From assembly GCA_910579325.1 (NCBI GenBank), contig CAJTTU010000002.1, positions 32,106 to 96,105 on the forward strand: 64,000 nt of DNA, given 5' to 3'. The notes beneath the pieces are model-generated. The model was given only the letters and a program-made list of their open reading frames with translations. It was not told where the DNA came from and did no database searches. How positions within the stretch are numbered: the first letter of the stretch is position 1; each line of letters opens with the position of its first letter. Below, in pieces: positions 18,245-27,414 of the stretch. This stretch comes from an uncultured Lachnospiraceae bacterium (GTDB lineage: Bacteria; Bacillota; Clostridia; Lachnospirales; Lachnospiraceae). The position numbers were made by a program, and so were the translations under genes.

Positions 18245-19453
18245 ATGACAACGACAATTAAAAGAAATAAACATTGGATCAATCGTCTGCCTCATATTTA
18301 TGAGTTGGATGATTTGCTGGATTTTTGTGGAAAACATGAGCGTATATATATATACGGAAGAGGTGAGGAACAGGAATATCTTTTAAAATTTCTTGATATG
18401 TGCGGCGTAAGAACGGAAGGCTATGTGGTTTCCTGTTCCCCGTGTGAGGAGAATTTTTATTACAGGAAGATACCGGTAAAACTGGCCGAGGACGTAACAG
18501 GAACGCCGGGCGTCGGGATTATCCTGGCCCTTCCGGACAGATATTATGACGAGATTATTCCCATGTTTCGGAAATTAAATTTCCAGAACTGGATCTCATT
18601 GACAGAGCACAGCAGGCTGGGAATCGCGGAGCAGATGGCCCCCAGGAAAAAGTCCGAGATGGCTTTTGAGATCAGCCTGGCCGACCATTGTAATCTCTCC
18701 TGTCAGATGTGTGACCATTTCTCCCAATTGTCAGAGGAATGGCTTGTGGATTTGGGTCAGCTGAAACGGGATGTGGAGCGTATGGGCGAATTGTTTGATC
18801 ATGAGATTGGCGCGATCACGTTATTGGGCGGGGAGCCGACACTGCATCCTGATTTATTGGAAATTATTCGATATACAAGAAAACAGTTCCCTCATACGGA
18901 ATTGATTCTGCTCACCAATGGGGTTCTGTTGGAGAAGCTTGAGAAGTCACCCAAAGGTAATTTGTGGGAAGTGATGAAAGAGAATGACACGCATGTAACG
19001 GTCACGGTGTATCCGTTGAGGCTTGATTACGCCAAAATGGAGGAAATGGCGAAGAAGTATGGCGTGATGTTAAAAATGTCGTCGGATATTCACGCAGTGG
19101 AAGCGACGAAAGTAACAAAGATCTCAGATAAGCACACAATGGATCTGAGCGGACAGGTACCAAAGGGACACTGCGTTCACTGTCTTTATTTTAATAAATT
19201 TAATGTGGTTAAGGATGGGAAATATTATATGTGCCCGATCCAGGCGCATATCAATATTTTTAACAGCCGCTTTAATAAAGAACTCGCTTATGTGGAGGGC
19301 GACTATTTGGATATCTATCAGGTAAAAAGCTGGGAGGAGTTCGCGGAATTCAGTTCCTGGTGGGTACCGTTTTGCCGCTACTGCGATCAAAAGAACTGGG
19401 GGCCTCACAGCCAATGGAAGCCGAGTAACAAAGAGTTAAGCGAGTATGTGTAA
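18245..19453 (+). CDS. Radical SAM enzyme with an N-terminal Rossmann-like extension
   Basis: ADHCNLSCQMCDHF is the CxxxCxxC motif. Further Cys residues near the C-terminus (HCVHC, MCP, FCRYC) suggest an auxiliary cluster. Confidence 0.75.
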   Translation: MTTTIKRNKHWINRLPHIYELDDLLDFCGKHERIYIYGRGEEQEYLLKFLDMCGVRTEGYVVSCSPCEENFYYRKIPVKLAEDVTGTPGVGIILALPDRYYDEIIPMFRKLNFQNWISLTEHSRLGIAEQMAPRKKSEMAFEISLADHCNLSCQMCDHFSQLSEEWLVDLGQLKRDVERMGELFDHEIGAITLLGGEPTLHPDLLEIIRYTRKQFPHTELILLTNGVLLEKLEKSPKGNLWEVMKENDTHVTVTVYPLRLDYAKMEEMAKKYGVMLKMSSDIHAVEATKVTKISDKHTMDLSGQVPKGHCVHCLYFNKFNVVKDGKYYMCPIQAHINIFNSRFNKELAYVEGDYLDIYQVKSWEEFAEFSSWWVPFCRYCDQKNWGPHSQWKPSNKELSEYV

Positions 19454-19466
19454 ACGGGGCGGGAAG

Positions 19467-20273
19467 ATGATAGGAGCAGTATCGATTGATAAAGACATGA
19501 ATGTCCCCATGATCGGGCTAGGAACCTTTGACCTGAAAGCGGAAGAGATTCTGGCGGGGATACAGGTGGGATACAGGCTGCTGGACACGGCCTGGCAATA
19601 TGGGAATGAAGCGGAAGTAGGGAAGGCAGTAAAAGAAAGCGGCGTTAAACGAGAGGAAATCATTATAACAACCAAGCTGTGGACGGATGATATACGGAAG
19701 CGCCGCGTAAGAGAGGCGTGTGAGGAAAGTCTCAGAGCGTTTCGGATGGATTACGTGGATTTGTATTTAATTCACTGGCCGGCGGAAGGATTTGAGTATG
19801 CGTGGGAAATCATGACGCAGTTAAAAGAAGAAGGGAAAATCAGGGCGGTGGGAGTGAGCAATTTTCAGGAACATCATTTGAAGGCGCTGGAGCGGGTTTC
19901 CGCAACGAGACCAGTACTGAATCAGATAGAGTGCCATCCGTATTTCCGGAATGAGGGATTGATCGCGTATTGCCGGGAATATGATATCGCGGCGCAGGCC
20001 TGGTGTCCCTTAGGAGGAAGTTACAGCCAGTTAGTGAACGATCATCGTTTGAGACCTCTGGCGGAAAAGCACCGGAAGGCATCGGCTCAGATCGTTCTGA
20101 GATGGCATCTGCAAAAGAATGTGTTAATCATTCCAAGAACGTCAAATCGGCAGCATCTTGTGTCTAATCAGGATATTTTTGATTTCTGGCTGGACAATCA
20201 TGATATGGAAGTGATTGACAGCATGGATACCGGACGCAGAATCGGAGCGGATCCGGACAGCTTTGATTTTTAA
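19467..20273 (+). CDS. Aldo/keto reductase
   Basis: PMIGLGTF...GYRLLDTAWQYGNEAEVG...IIITTKLW...DLYLIHWP...GVSNF are classic AKR motifs. Confidence 0.85.
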   Translation: MIGAVSIDKDMNVPMIGLGTFDLKAEEILAGIQVGYRLLDTAWQYGNEAEVGKAVKESGVKREEIIITTKLWTDDIRKRRVREACEESLRAFRMDYVDLYLIHWPAEGFEYAWEIMTQLKEEGKIRAVGVSNFQEHHLKALERVSATRPVLNQIECHPYFRNEGLIAYCREYDIAAQAWCPLGGSYSQLVNDHRLRPLAEKHRKASAQIVLRWHLQKNVLIIPRTSNRQHLVSNQDIFDFWLDNHDMEVIDSMDTGRRIGADPDSFDF

Positions 20274-20324
20274 ACGGCCGAGAATATAAAGGAAATATAT
20301 GGAAAAAGGATATCTTGCGCGCGA

Positions 20325-20699
20325 ATGAATAAACTGAATGAATTAATATTGCGATTGGAGAAGAATCTGAAACAATATGATAAAATATTATTGTTTGTTG
20401 CTGTAGATAAATTCCATTTGTTTTTAAAACATTGCGTTTCGGTTTTAAATGGAAATAGGGGGAAATCGATATTGGTGATATCCTCGGTCAGTTTGGATAA
20501 GGATGAACGAAAACTGCCATTTGCCTATAACCAGATGTCTGTTCAGGAAATAACACAGTTGAAAAAATTGTATTTTATGTACGAATTCTCAGGACGGTTT
20601 CAGATGATTGATAAAAATGACGGATTTGGAGATTTGTCGAATTATGTAGACACAAATCTGTTGAGTGACGAAGAGCTTTTCTTGACGATATTTCACTGA
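20325..20699 (+). CDS. Hypothetical protein, first gene of duplicated module 2
   Basis: Same position relative to GT-like paralog 2 as 16444-16938 has to paralog 1, with weak colinear similarity. Confidence 0.45.
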   Translation: MNKLNELILRLEKNLKQYDKILLFVAVDKFHLFLKHCVSVLNGNRGKSILVISSVSLDKDERKLPFAYNQMSVQEITQLKKLYFMYEFSGRFQMIDKNDGFGDLSNYVDTNLLSDEELFLTIFH

Positions 20700-20714
20700 G
20701 TAAAAATAGAAATT

Positions 20715-21953
20715 ATGGACCAATTACATTACAACGAAATGCTTTCCAATCTGACCCTTCTGACGCAGACAGCAGGTATTCGCGAAAAACGTTTTTATCT
20801 TTTTGGTCACTGCAACGCCACGGAAGCACTGGCGGATATTTTACTGGATCAGAAGTGTACCGTTTCCGGCATTCTGGATAATAATCCGGCTAAATATGAT
20901 ACGCGATACCGGGGTATTCCGGTAAAAGAACCGGAAACAGTTTTATCAGAGCGGACGGAGGATATTCTGATCTGCACTGTCGCGAGGGCTTACGCCGCGA
21001 TGGCGGATCAGTTAAAACGTCTGGGTTATGAAGGCGGATTGTATAAGCTGGTAGATTATAACAGCTATGCGGAATATTCTCTCTCTGAAGAAACCCGGCT
21101 CCGCATGAGCGTCCGGGTGGAACGGGGGATGGAGCTGCTGGAAAGCCTGTCCGGGAAATATCCGGGATGCTTCCGATTTTTGTGTCCGTTTTCGGCGTTG
21201 GGCGATATTTATTATATGATGTCGTATCTGCCTTATTTTATGAATAAAAGAGGCATAAAAAAATGCGTGATTGGCGTGATCGGCGCTGCCTGCGCTCAGA
21301 CGGTTGGGTTATTTGGCGGATATCCGGTGGAAGTATTTTCACAGAAAGATATGGATGAGACGATACAGGCGGCTTTATATACGCAGGACCGGCATACGTT
21401 CATTCCGCATCAGGACAGACCTTACGTGGTAAATCTGCATCGGGCTCTTTATGTAAAAAGAATCCCGCTGGAGAAGATTTACTGCTGTGGGGTATTCGGG
21501 CTTCCGGCGGATACCAGGCCGGTCAGCCCGGTATGGTTTCAGGCGTATCCGGAGCTGGAGCGGATCAGGCCGGGGAAGTCTGTGATTCTTGCGCCATACG
21601 CGAAGTCTGTTACGGCGCTGTGTCCTGAGATATGGAAACGGATTACGGAATATTATCTGGAAAAGGGATACACATGCTTTACGAATGTGGCATGCGGTGA
21701 GCTGCCTTTGCCGGATACTCAGCCGGTCAGCCCCCGGATAGCGGAAGTGAGATCAGTGGTGGAGCGGGCGGGAACATTTGTAGGGCTGCGCAGTGGTTTG
21801 TGTGATGTTTTGCGGACGGCCTGTGGAAAAAAGACGGCATTGTATCCGGATTACTATTATAGTGACACAAGATGGAAAGCGGTCGATATGTACCGGCTGG
21901 AAGACTGGGATAATATTGTGGTAAAGGATGATTTCACATGGGAGAAAAAATAA
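20715..21953 (+). CDS. Putative GT-B/GT9-like glycosyltransferase, paralog 2
   Basis: FYLFGHCNATEALADIL...ILDNN and ERAGTFVGLRSGLCDVLRTACGKKTALY are colinear with 16911-18212. Confidence 0.55.
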   Translation: MDQLHYNEMLSNLTLLTQTAGIREKRFYLFGHCNATEALADILLDQKCTVSGILDNNPAKYDTRYRGIPVKEPETVLSERTEDILICTVARAYAAMADQLKRLGYEGGLYKLVDYNSYAEYSLSEETRLRMSVRVERGMELLESLSGKYPGCFRFLCPFSALGDIYYMMSYLPYFMNKRGIKKCVIGVIGAACAQTVGLFGGYPVEVFSQKDMDETIQAALYTQDRHTFIPHQDRPYVVNLHRALYVKRIPLEKIYCCGVFGLPADTRPVSPVWFQAYPELERIRPGKSVILAPYAKSVTALCPEIWKRITEYYLEKGYTCFTNVACGELPLPDTQPVSPRIAEVRSVVERAGTFVGLRSGLCDVLRTACGKKTALYPDYYYSDTRWKAVDMYRLEDWDNIVVKDDFTWEKK

Positions 21954-22315
21954 TTGTGTCTGCGCTTCCGAAAACATGGATTTTGGATTTGGACGGAACA
22001 ATCGTAAAACATAATGGATATAAAGATGATGGGACGGATACGTTTTTGGACGGGGCGGAAGAATTTCTGTCAGGCATCGCAAAAGAGGACATGATCGTGT
22101 TTTTGACATCCCGGACGGACAGGGAGAAGGAGCTGACGGAGGCTTTTCTGGACGCGCATCATATCCGGTATGACGCAGTTATTTATAATGCGCCATATGG
22201 AGAGAGGATTCTGATCAATGACAAAAAACCTTCCGGACTGCGGACAGCGATTGCGGTTAACACGCAGAGGGATGTGTTTTTGGAGGAGATTTTTGAAGTG
22301 GAAGGAGATTTGTAA
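21938..22315 (+). CDS. Small HAD-superfamily phosphatase
   Basis: WILDLDGTIV is the DxDxT motif. Also VFLTSR and INDKKPSG. The start overlaps the upstream gene. Confidence 0.65.
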   Translation: MGEKIIVSALPKTWILDLDGTIVKHNGYKDDGTDTFLDGAEEFLSGIAKEDMIVFLTSRTDREKELTEAFLDAHHIRYDAVIYNAPYGERILINDKKPSGLRTAIAVNTQRDVFLEEIFEVEGDL

Positions 22316-22564
22316 AGCTTTTGAGTGAAAAGGTTTTTGCGCTTTTTTTTCGGCGGAAAACCGGTTATGGGAATGGCCACAGCCACAAACGGAAATTTGG
22401 ATGTGTTGTGGATATAAATTGAGGAAGTTGTGAATTTGGCACTGAATTGGCACGGGAATGGCGTTGGCTGGCGCAATGCGTCTCTTGTCTTGCGGTGCCA
22501 TTTTTAGTATAATGGATGGTGGATGAGATAAATGAGAGCCGTAGTAGGAAGGAGAACCGGCCAG

Positions 22565-23607
22565 ATGAGGAAATATTTCAACACGGAAGGCGTATGTATT
22601 CCTGAAAAGCATTATATGGTGCCGCTGGATGACAGGCTTCGTCAGATTAAAGAGAAGTATGTGGAACGGGGCAGTTATTTTATTATCAATAAGGGCAGGC
22701 AGTATGGGAAGACGACGACGCTTCGTTTATTGGCTCGGTATCTGAAGCCGGAGTATCTGGTCGTTTCTATGGATTTTCAGGGAATCGGAACGGAAGAGTT
22801 TCGGAATGAAGCCACGTTTTCCAGGGCTTTCGCGAAACTGTTTTCCAGAGCAGCCAAAATCTCAGATTCTGAAGCTGAAGCTGTGGCCGGAAGCGGAGCA
22901 TAAGTACAACAGTCCGTGGAATATTGCCGCCGAGTTTAAAATAGATATGAGTTTTTCGACCGGCCAGATATCACAGATGCTTGAGGAATATGGGCGGGAC
23001 CATCATGTGGTGGCTGATCTGGGGAAGGTGGCGGAAGAGATTTTTCAGTATACGTCAGGATACCCCTATCTGGTATCGGCAATCTGTAAGAGGATAGATG
23101 AAGATCTTCCGGAGAAATGGGGAACGGAGGTTTTGGAAAACATTTGGACAAAGGAAGGAGTCGCCATGCGGTCGGTCTGCTTTTGAAAGAGAATCTTTCG
23201 ATTTTCGACAGCATGGCCAGGCAGCTTGACAGATATCCGGATTTAAAAGCCGTGTTAGAAGATATTTTATTCTGTGGAAAACGGATCATTTTCAGGAGAT
23301 CTACAGTGAAAAAGATGAAAAATTCCAAGAAACCTATGGCAGGAAAATCTTTTTGCTCTATTTAAAGCCGATTATCAACGGAATCGGGAATTATTACCTG
23401 GAAGCCCAGACAAGGGACGCAAGGCGGACAGATGTGATCGTGGATTACCGGGGCGAACGGTTTATTGTTGAACTCAAGATATGGCGTGGGAATGAGTACA
23501 ATGAAAGAGGGGAAGCGCAGCTGATTGACTATCTGGATTATTATTATAAAGATAAGGGATATATGCTCAGCTTTAATTTCAATAAAAAGAAGAAGGAGGT
23601 TTCTGAT
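22565..23607 (+). pseudogene. AAA-ATPase / PD-(D/E)XK nuclease family gene broken into four frames
   Basis: The N-terminus MRKYFNTEG...IINKGRQYGKTTTL is a P-loop. The sequence continues in frames starting at 22806, 23117 and 23353. The C-terminal piece RRTDVIVDYRGERFIVELKIW is PD-(D/E)XK-like. Confidence 0.7.
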
Positions 23608-24168
23608 ATGTACACAACGGAGCGTTTTGAAACCACGGTTCCGGTTTCGGAATACGTAAAGAATTATGTGGATGTAGACACATTCCTGGAATGCTGCAAG
23701 GCATGTCCTAATTATGAAAAGGTGTGGTCCTGTCCGCCTTATGATTTTGACGTTTTGACGTATTGGAACGAATATACGACGCTGGAGCTGACGGCGGTGA
23801 AGATTGTGTTTGATGAGGAATATGCGGGAAAGGTGTTTTCACAGGAAGAGCTGCGGGAGATAATGGCGGCTTCTCTGGGAAAGGTGAAGCAAGCGCTTTC
23901 GGAGGAACTGTTTGAACGGGAGCAAAAGACGCCGGGCAGTATCAGCCTTTCGGCAGGGCCCTGCCTGCTGTGTAAGGGGAATTGCGGCCGAAAGGAAAAT
24001 GAACCATGCCGGTTCCCGGACAGGATGCGCTATTCCATCGAGTCTCTGGGCGGAAATGTGGGGCTGACTTTAAACAAGCTGATGGGGATCGAGCTGGAAT
24101 GGATGGAGGAAGGGAAGCTGCCCCGTTATTTTGTGCTGGTGTGTGGACTGCTGCGTCAGGGGGCATAA
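23608..24168 (+). CDS. DUF2284-like predicted metal-binding protein
   Basis: GAAGGAGG lies 7 nt before the ATG at 23608. Contains CCKACPNYEKVWSCPP and CLLCKGNCG...EPCRFP cysteine motifs. Confidence 0.7.
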   Translation: MYTTERFETTVPVSEYVKNYVDVDTFLECCKACPNYEKVWSCPPYDFDVLTYWNEYTTLELTAVKIVFDEEYAGKVFSQEELREIMAASLGKVKQALSEELFEREQKTPGSISLSAGPCLLCKGNCGRKENEPCRFPDRMRYSIESLGGNVGLTLNKLMGIELEWMEEGKLPRYFVLVCGLLRQGA

Positions 24169-24339
24169 ATATAACAAAATCCTGAAAAAAATACAGGAAC
24201 TGACCATCGTTTTATTGACTTTACAGGGCAATACCCTTATAATGTTAATACTTGTAATGTCGCAAAGAAGCGGTGTAACATCTGCGAATTTGTGATATTT
24301 TTTTGCAGCACAGTAAACTTCAGAGGAGGAAAAAGAAAT

Positions 24340-25320
24340 ATGAAGCATTCTATGAAAAAGCTGACAGCGTTTCTGTTAGCCATGATTTGCGTATGTGCGA
24401 TGACCGCCTGCGGTTCCAAAGGGGATACGCCTGCCACGACTGCGGCGAACCAGGAAACCGGCGGCGCAGATGCCAAGGAGACGGCGCAGGAAGCGGGAAC
24501 GACCGCTGCGGCAGGAGAAGCGGACACGAAGGCAGCGGAAGATGACGGCACCACAGCGGCAGCGGAAGACGGAAAAGTATTAAAAGTCGCCATGGAGTGC
24601 GGCTATGCGCCTTATAACTGGACCCAGCCCACGGATGCCAACGGCGCGCTGCCGATTTCCGGAAGCTCTGATTTCGCTTACGGATATGACGTGATGATGG
24701 CAAAGCATATCGCGGACAAGCTGGGGTATGAGCTGGAAATTGTGAAGCTGGACTGGGATTCCCTGGTTCCTGCCGTACAGTCCGGTACCGTTGACTGCGT
24801 AATCGCGGGACAGTCCATTACCGCGGAGCGGATGCAGTCCGTAGATTTCACGGAGCCTTATTACTATGCTTCTATCGTGACGCTGGTAAAGAGCGACGGA
24901 AAATATGCGGATGCGGCCAGCGTTGCCGATCTGAAAGGGGCGACCTGTACCTCACAGCTGAACACCGTATGGTATGATGTCTGCCTGCCTCAGATTGAGG
25001 AGGCGAATATTCTGCCCGCTCAAGAATCTGCTCCGGCTATGCTGGTGGCGCTGAATTCCGACAGATGCGATCTGGTAGTGACGGATATGCCCACCGCTAT
25101 GGCGGCCTGCGTGGCTTATCCTGATTTTAAGCTGCTGGACTTCTCCGATACGGAGGGCGCTTTTGAGGTTTCCGAAGAGGAAATCAATATCGGTATCTCT
25201 TTACAGAAAGGAAATACGGAGCTGAAGGATGCCATCAACAGCGTTTTGGCAGAGATGACGCCGGAGGACTACACGAAAATGATGGATGACGCCATCTCCG
25301 TGCAGCCTTTGTCTAACTAA
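24340..25320 (+). CDS. Amino-acid ABC transporter substrate-binding lipoprotein
   Basis: Lipobox MTAC|GS, a low-complexity linker, then a family-3 SBP core (LDWDSLVPAVQSGTVDCVIAGQSITAERM). Confidence 0.85.
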   Translation: MKHSMKKLTAFLLAMICVCAMTACGSKGDTPATTAANQETGGADAKETAQEAGTTAAAGEADTKAAEDDGTTAAAEDGKVLKVAMECGYAPYNWTQPTDANGALPISGSSDFAYGYDVMMAKHIADKLGYELEIVKLDWDSLVPAVQSGTVDCVIAGQSITAERMQSVDFTEPYYYASIVTLVKSDGKYADAASVADLKGATCTSQLNTVWYDVCLPQIEEANILPAQESAPAMLVALNSDRCDLVVTDMPTAMAACVAYPDFKLLDFSDTEGAFEVSEEEINIGISLQKGNTELKDAINSVLAEMTPEDYTKMMDDAISVQPLSN

Positions 25321-25543
25321 TTAAAGAAATTTAATCCGGGTGGACACAGACGCATTATGTGATATGCCCTTTGGGTATTCATGGGAGCAGCTGTGTCCGC
25401 TTTTGTTACGATCGTATCCGGAAAGCAGCGCCGCACCATTATGATTCAGGACAAATTTTTTTGCCTGATCTGAACGGTAAGGTATGTTGCGCCGAATTTT
25501 ATGCGGCGTTATATACGGCCGGATTTTAAAAAGGAGTACAGTC

Positions 25544-26344
25544 ATGAGTTTGCCACAGGATTTTATGGGAAGAATCGGTTATCTTCTTTCCATGTACGGC
25601 GAATCCTTTCTGATCGGAGCAGGCAAGACGATGATTATTGCCCTGGTGGGCACCCTGATCGGCTGCCTGATTGGATTTGCCGTCGGCATCGTGCAGACGA
25701 TACCGGTTTCAAAAGAAGATCACATCGTAAAACGAATTCTGTTGTGGGGCATAAAACTGATTTTAAATATTTATGTGGAAGTGTTCCGGGGAACGCCCAT
25801 GATGGCCCAGGCCATGTTTATCTATTTTGGGGCGTCCGCTATTTTTCATTATAATATGTCGACATGGTTCGCCGCGTTTTTCATTGTGTCCATCAATACC
25901 GGGGCCTACATGTCCGAGACAGTGCGGGGCGGTATTCTTTCCATCGATCCGGGCCAGACGGAGGGAGCGATGGCCATCGGCATGACCCACGTACAGACGA
26001 TGATGAATGTGATTCTGCCTCAGGCGCTGAGAAATATTATGCCCCAAATCGGCAATAACCTGATTATCAATATCAAGGACACCTGCGTTTTGTCCATTAT
26101 CGGCGTGGTGGAGCTGTTCTACACGACCAAGGGCGTGGCGGGAGCGCTGTATACGTATTTTGAGGCATTTACCATTGCCATGGTCATTTACTTTATTCTG
26201 ACCTTTACTTGTTCCCGGATTCTGCGGTTCTGGGAGAGCAAGCTGGATGGCCCGGACAATTATGACCTGGCCACCACGGATACGCTGGCTCATACCAGCG
26301 GTATGTACAGATACCCGGATACCAGAAAGGGGGAAGATGCGTGA
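25544..26344 (+). CDS. Amino-acid ABC transporter permease (His/Glu/Gln/Arg/opine family)
   Basis: [17 protein letters not shown], the EAA-like loop [32 protein letters not shown], and an AAAGGAG RBS. Confidence 0.85.
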   Translation: MSLPQDFMGRIGYLLSMYGESFLIGAGKTMIIALVGTLIGCLIGFAVGIVQTIPVSKEDHIVKRILLWGIKLILNIYVEVFRGTPMMAQAMFIYFGASAIFHYNMSTWFAAFFIVSINTGAYMSETVRGGILSIDPGQTEGAMAIGMTHVQTMMNVILPQALRNIMPQIGNNLIINIKDTCVLSIIGVVELFYTTKGVAGALYTYFEAFTIAMVIYFILTFTCSRILRFWESKLDGPDNYDLATTDTLAHTSGMYRYPDTRKGEDA

Positions 26345-27084
26345 GTGACGGCAATATTTTGGAAATTCATCATTTGAGCAAAACCTTCGGCAAAAATGTG
26401 GTGCTGCGGGATATCGACTTTTCGGTGAAGCCAAAGGACGTGACCTGTATTATCGGGGCTTCTGGTTCCGGAAAATCCACGCTGCTGCGTTGCGTCAATC
26501 TGCTGGAGACGCCTACCTCGGGACAGATTCTGTACCACGGGGCCGATATCACGGACCGGAAAATGAATGCCCCCGCTTACCGGGCGAAGGTGGGAATGGT
26601 ATTTCAGAATTTTAACCTGTTCAGCAATATGACCGTACTGGATAACTGTATGGTGGGCCAGGTTAAGGTGCTGAAAAAAGATAAGGCCGAGGCCAGGAAA
26701 AATGCCATGATGTTTCTGGAAAAGGTAGATATGGCTCCTTATATCAACGCAAAACCCAGACAGCTTTCCGGCGGCCAGAAGCAGCGGGTGGCCATCGCCA
26801 GGGCGCTGGCCATGGAGCCGGAGCTTTTGCTGTTTGATGAGCCTACCTCGGCGCTGGACCCCCAGATGGTGGGCGAGGTACTAAGCGTCATGCGGGCGCT
26901 GGCGAAGGAGGGGCTTACGATGATCATCGTGACCCATGAGATGGCCTTTGCCCGGGATGTGTCCAGCCATGTGGTGTTTATGGCGGACGGCGTGATTGTG
27001 GAAGAAGGAAAGCCGGAACAGATTTTTGAAGCGCCCAGGAATCAGCGGACCCAGGAATTTTTAAGCCGTTTCCGTCAGGGTTGA
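26341..27084 (+). CDS. Amino-acid ABC transporter ATP-binding protein
   Basis: Walker [10 protein letters not shown], signature [15 protein letters not shown], Walker [16 protein letters not shown] start overlaps the permease stop. Confidence 0.9.
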   Translation: MSDGNILEIHHLSKTFGKNVVLRDIDFSVKPKDVTCIIGASGSGKSTLLRCVNLLETPTSGQILYHGADITDRKMNAPAYRAKVGMVFQNFNLFSNMTVLDNCMVGQVKVLKKDKAEARKNAMMFLEKVDMAPYINAKPRQLSGGQKQRVAIARALAMEPELLLFDEPTSALDPQMVGEVLSVMRALAKEGLTMIIVTHEMAFARDVSSHVVFMADGVIVEEGKPEQIFEAPRNQRTQEFLSRFRQG

Positions 27085-27343
27085 CAGAAGCAGGTGTTTT
27101 GTGGTAAGATAAGGATACCAAAAAAATACAATATAAAAGGTGAATCCAAAGAAGCTTCTGCGGATAAACCTTGGAAAAGATCTTAAATTTTTGCGCTGAG
27201 TGGATGATGATATGTTCGGAGTCGGAAGGCAGAAAGGCAGAGAAGCCGCCGCGAATCGTGGGGTGGATTTTCTGTAAAGGGTCCAGCAGGAGTGTGCCTG
27301 TGGCACATTTTGTTGGGTTGTTCTGTGATACATGGAATTATGG

Positions 27344-27373
27344 AAGCCTTCACCATTTGGTGAGGGCTTTTTT
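27344..27373 (+). terminator. Intrinsic terminator inside the long intergenic region upstream of the nif-like operon
   Basis: aagccttcacc pairs with ggtgagggctt (11 bp including one G-U), with a 4-nt loop, then TTTTT. Confidence 0.7.
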
Positions 27374-27414
27374 GTATCATAGGAAAGTCCTCCGAACTTT
27401 CCTATGATACAAAA
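27370..27414. repeat. Palindromic repeat element, full copy
   Basis: ttttgtatcataggaaagt-cctccga-actttcctatgatacaaaa is a perfect 19-bp inverted repeat. Its arms are shared with 59693-59738 and 884-906. Confidence 0.85.

Noticed and set aside
23353-24168. Single 271-aa ORF from the track
   Set aside because: It is a chimera. The first 85 codons are the C-terminal fragment of the dead AAA-ATPase/PD-(D/E)XK gene. The DUF2284 protein has its own RBS and ATG at 23608.
25763-26434. 223-aa minus-strand ORF
   Set aside because: It is antisense to the ABC permease and ATPase genes, is His/Arg/Gly-rich, and has no RBS.
27180-27340. Cobalamin riboswitch call
   Set aside because: Only a loose, order-preserving resemblance exists. 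The GGUGxGAAUCC, GCCACUG and B12-box consensus bases are not matched, so I report it only as an unclassified structured leader.
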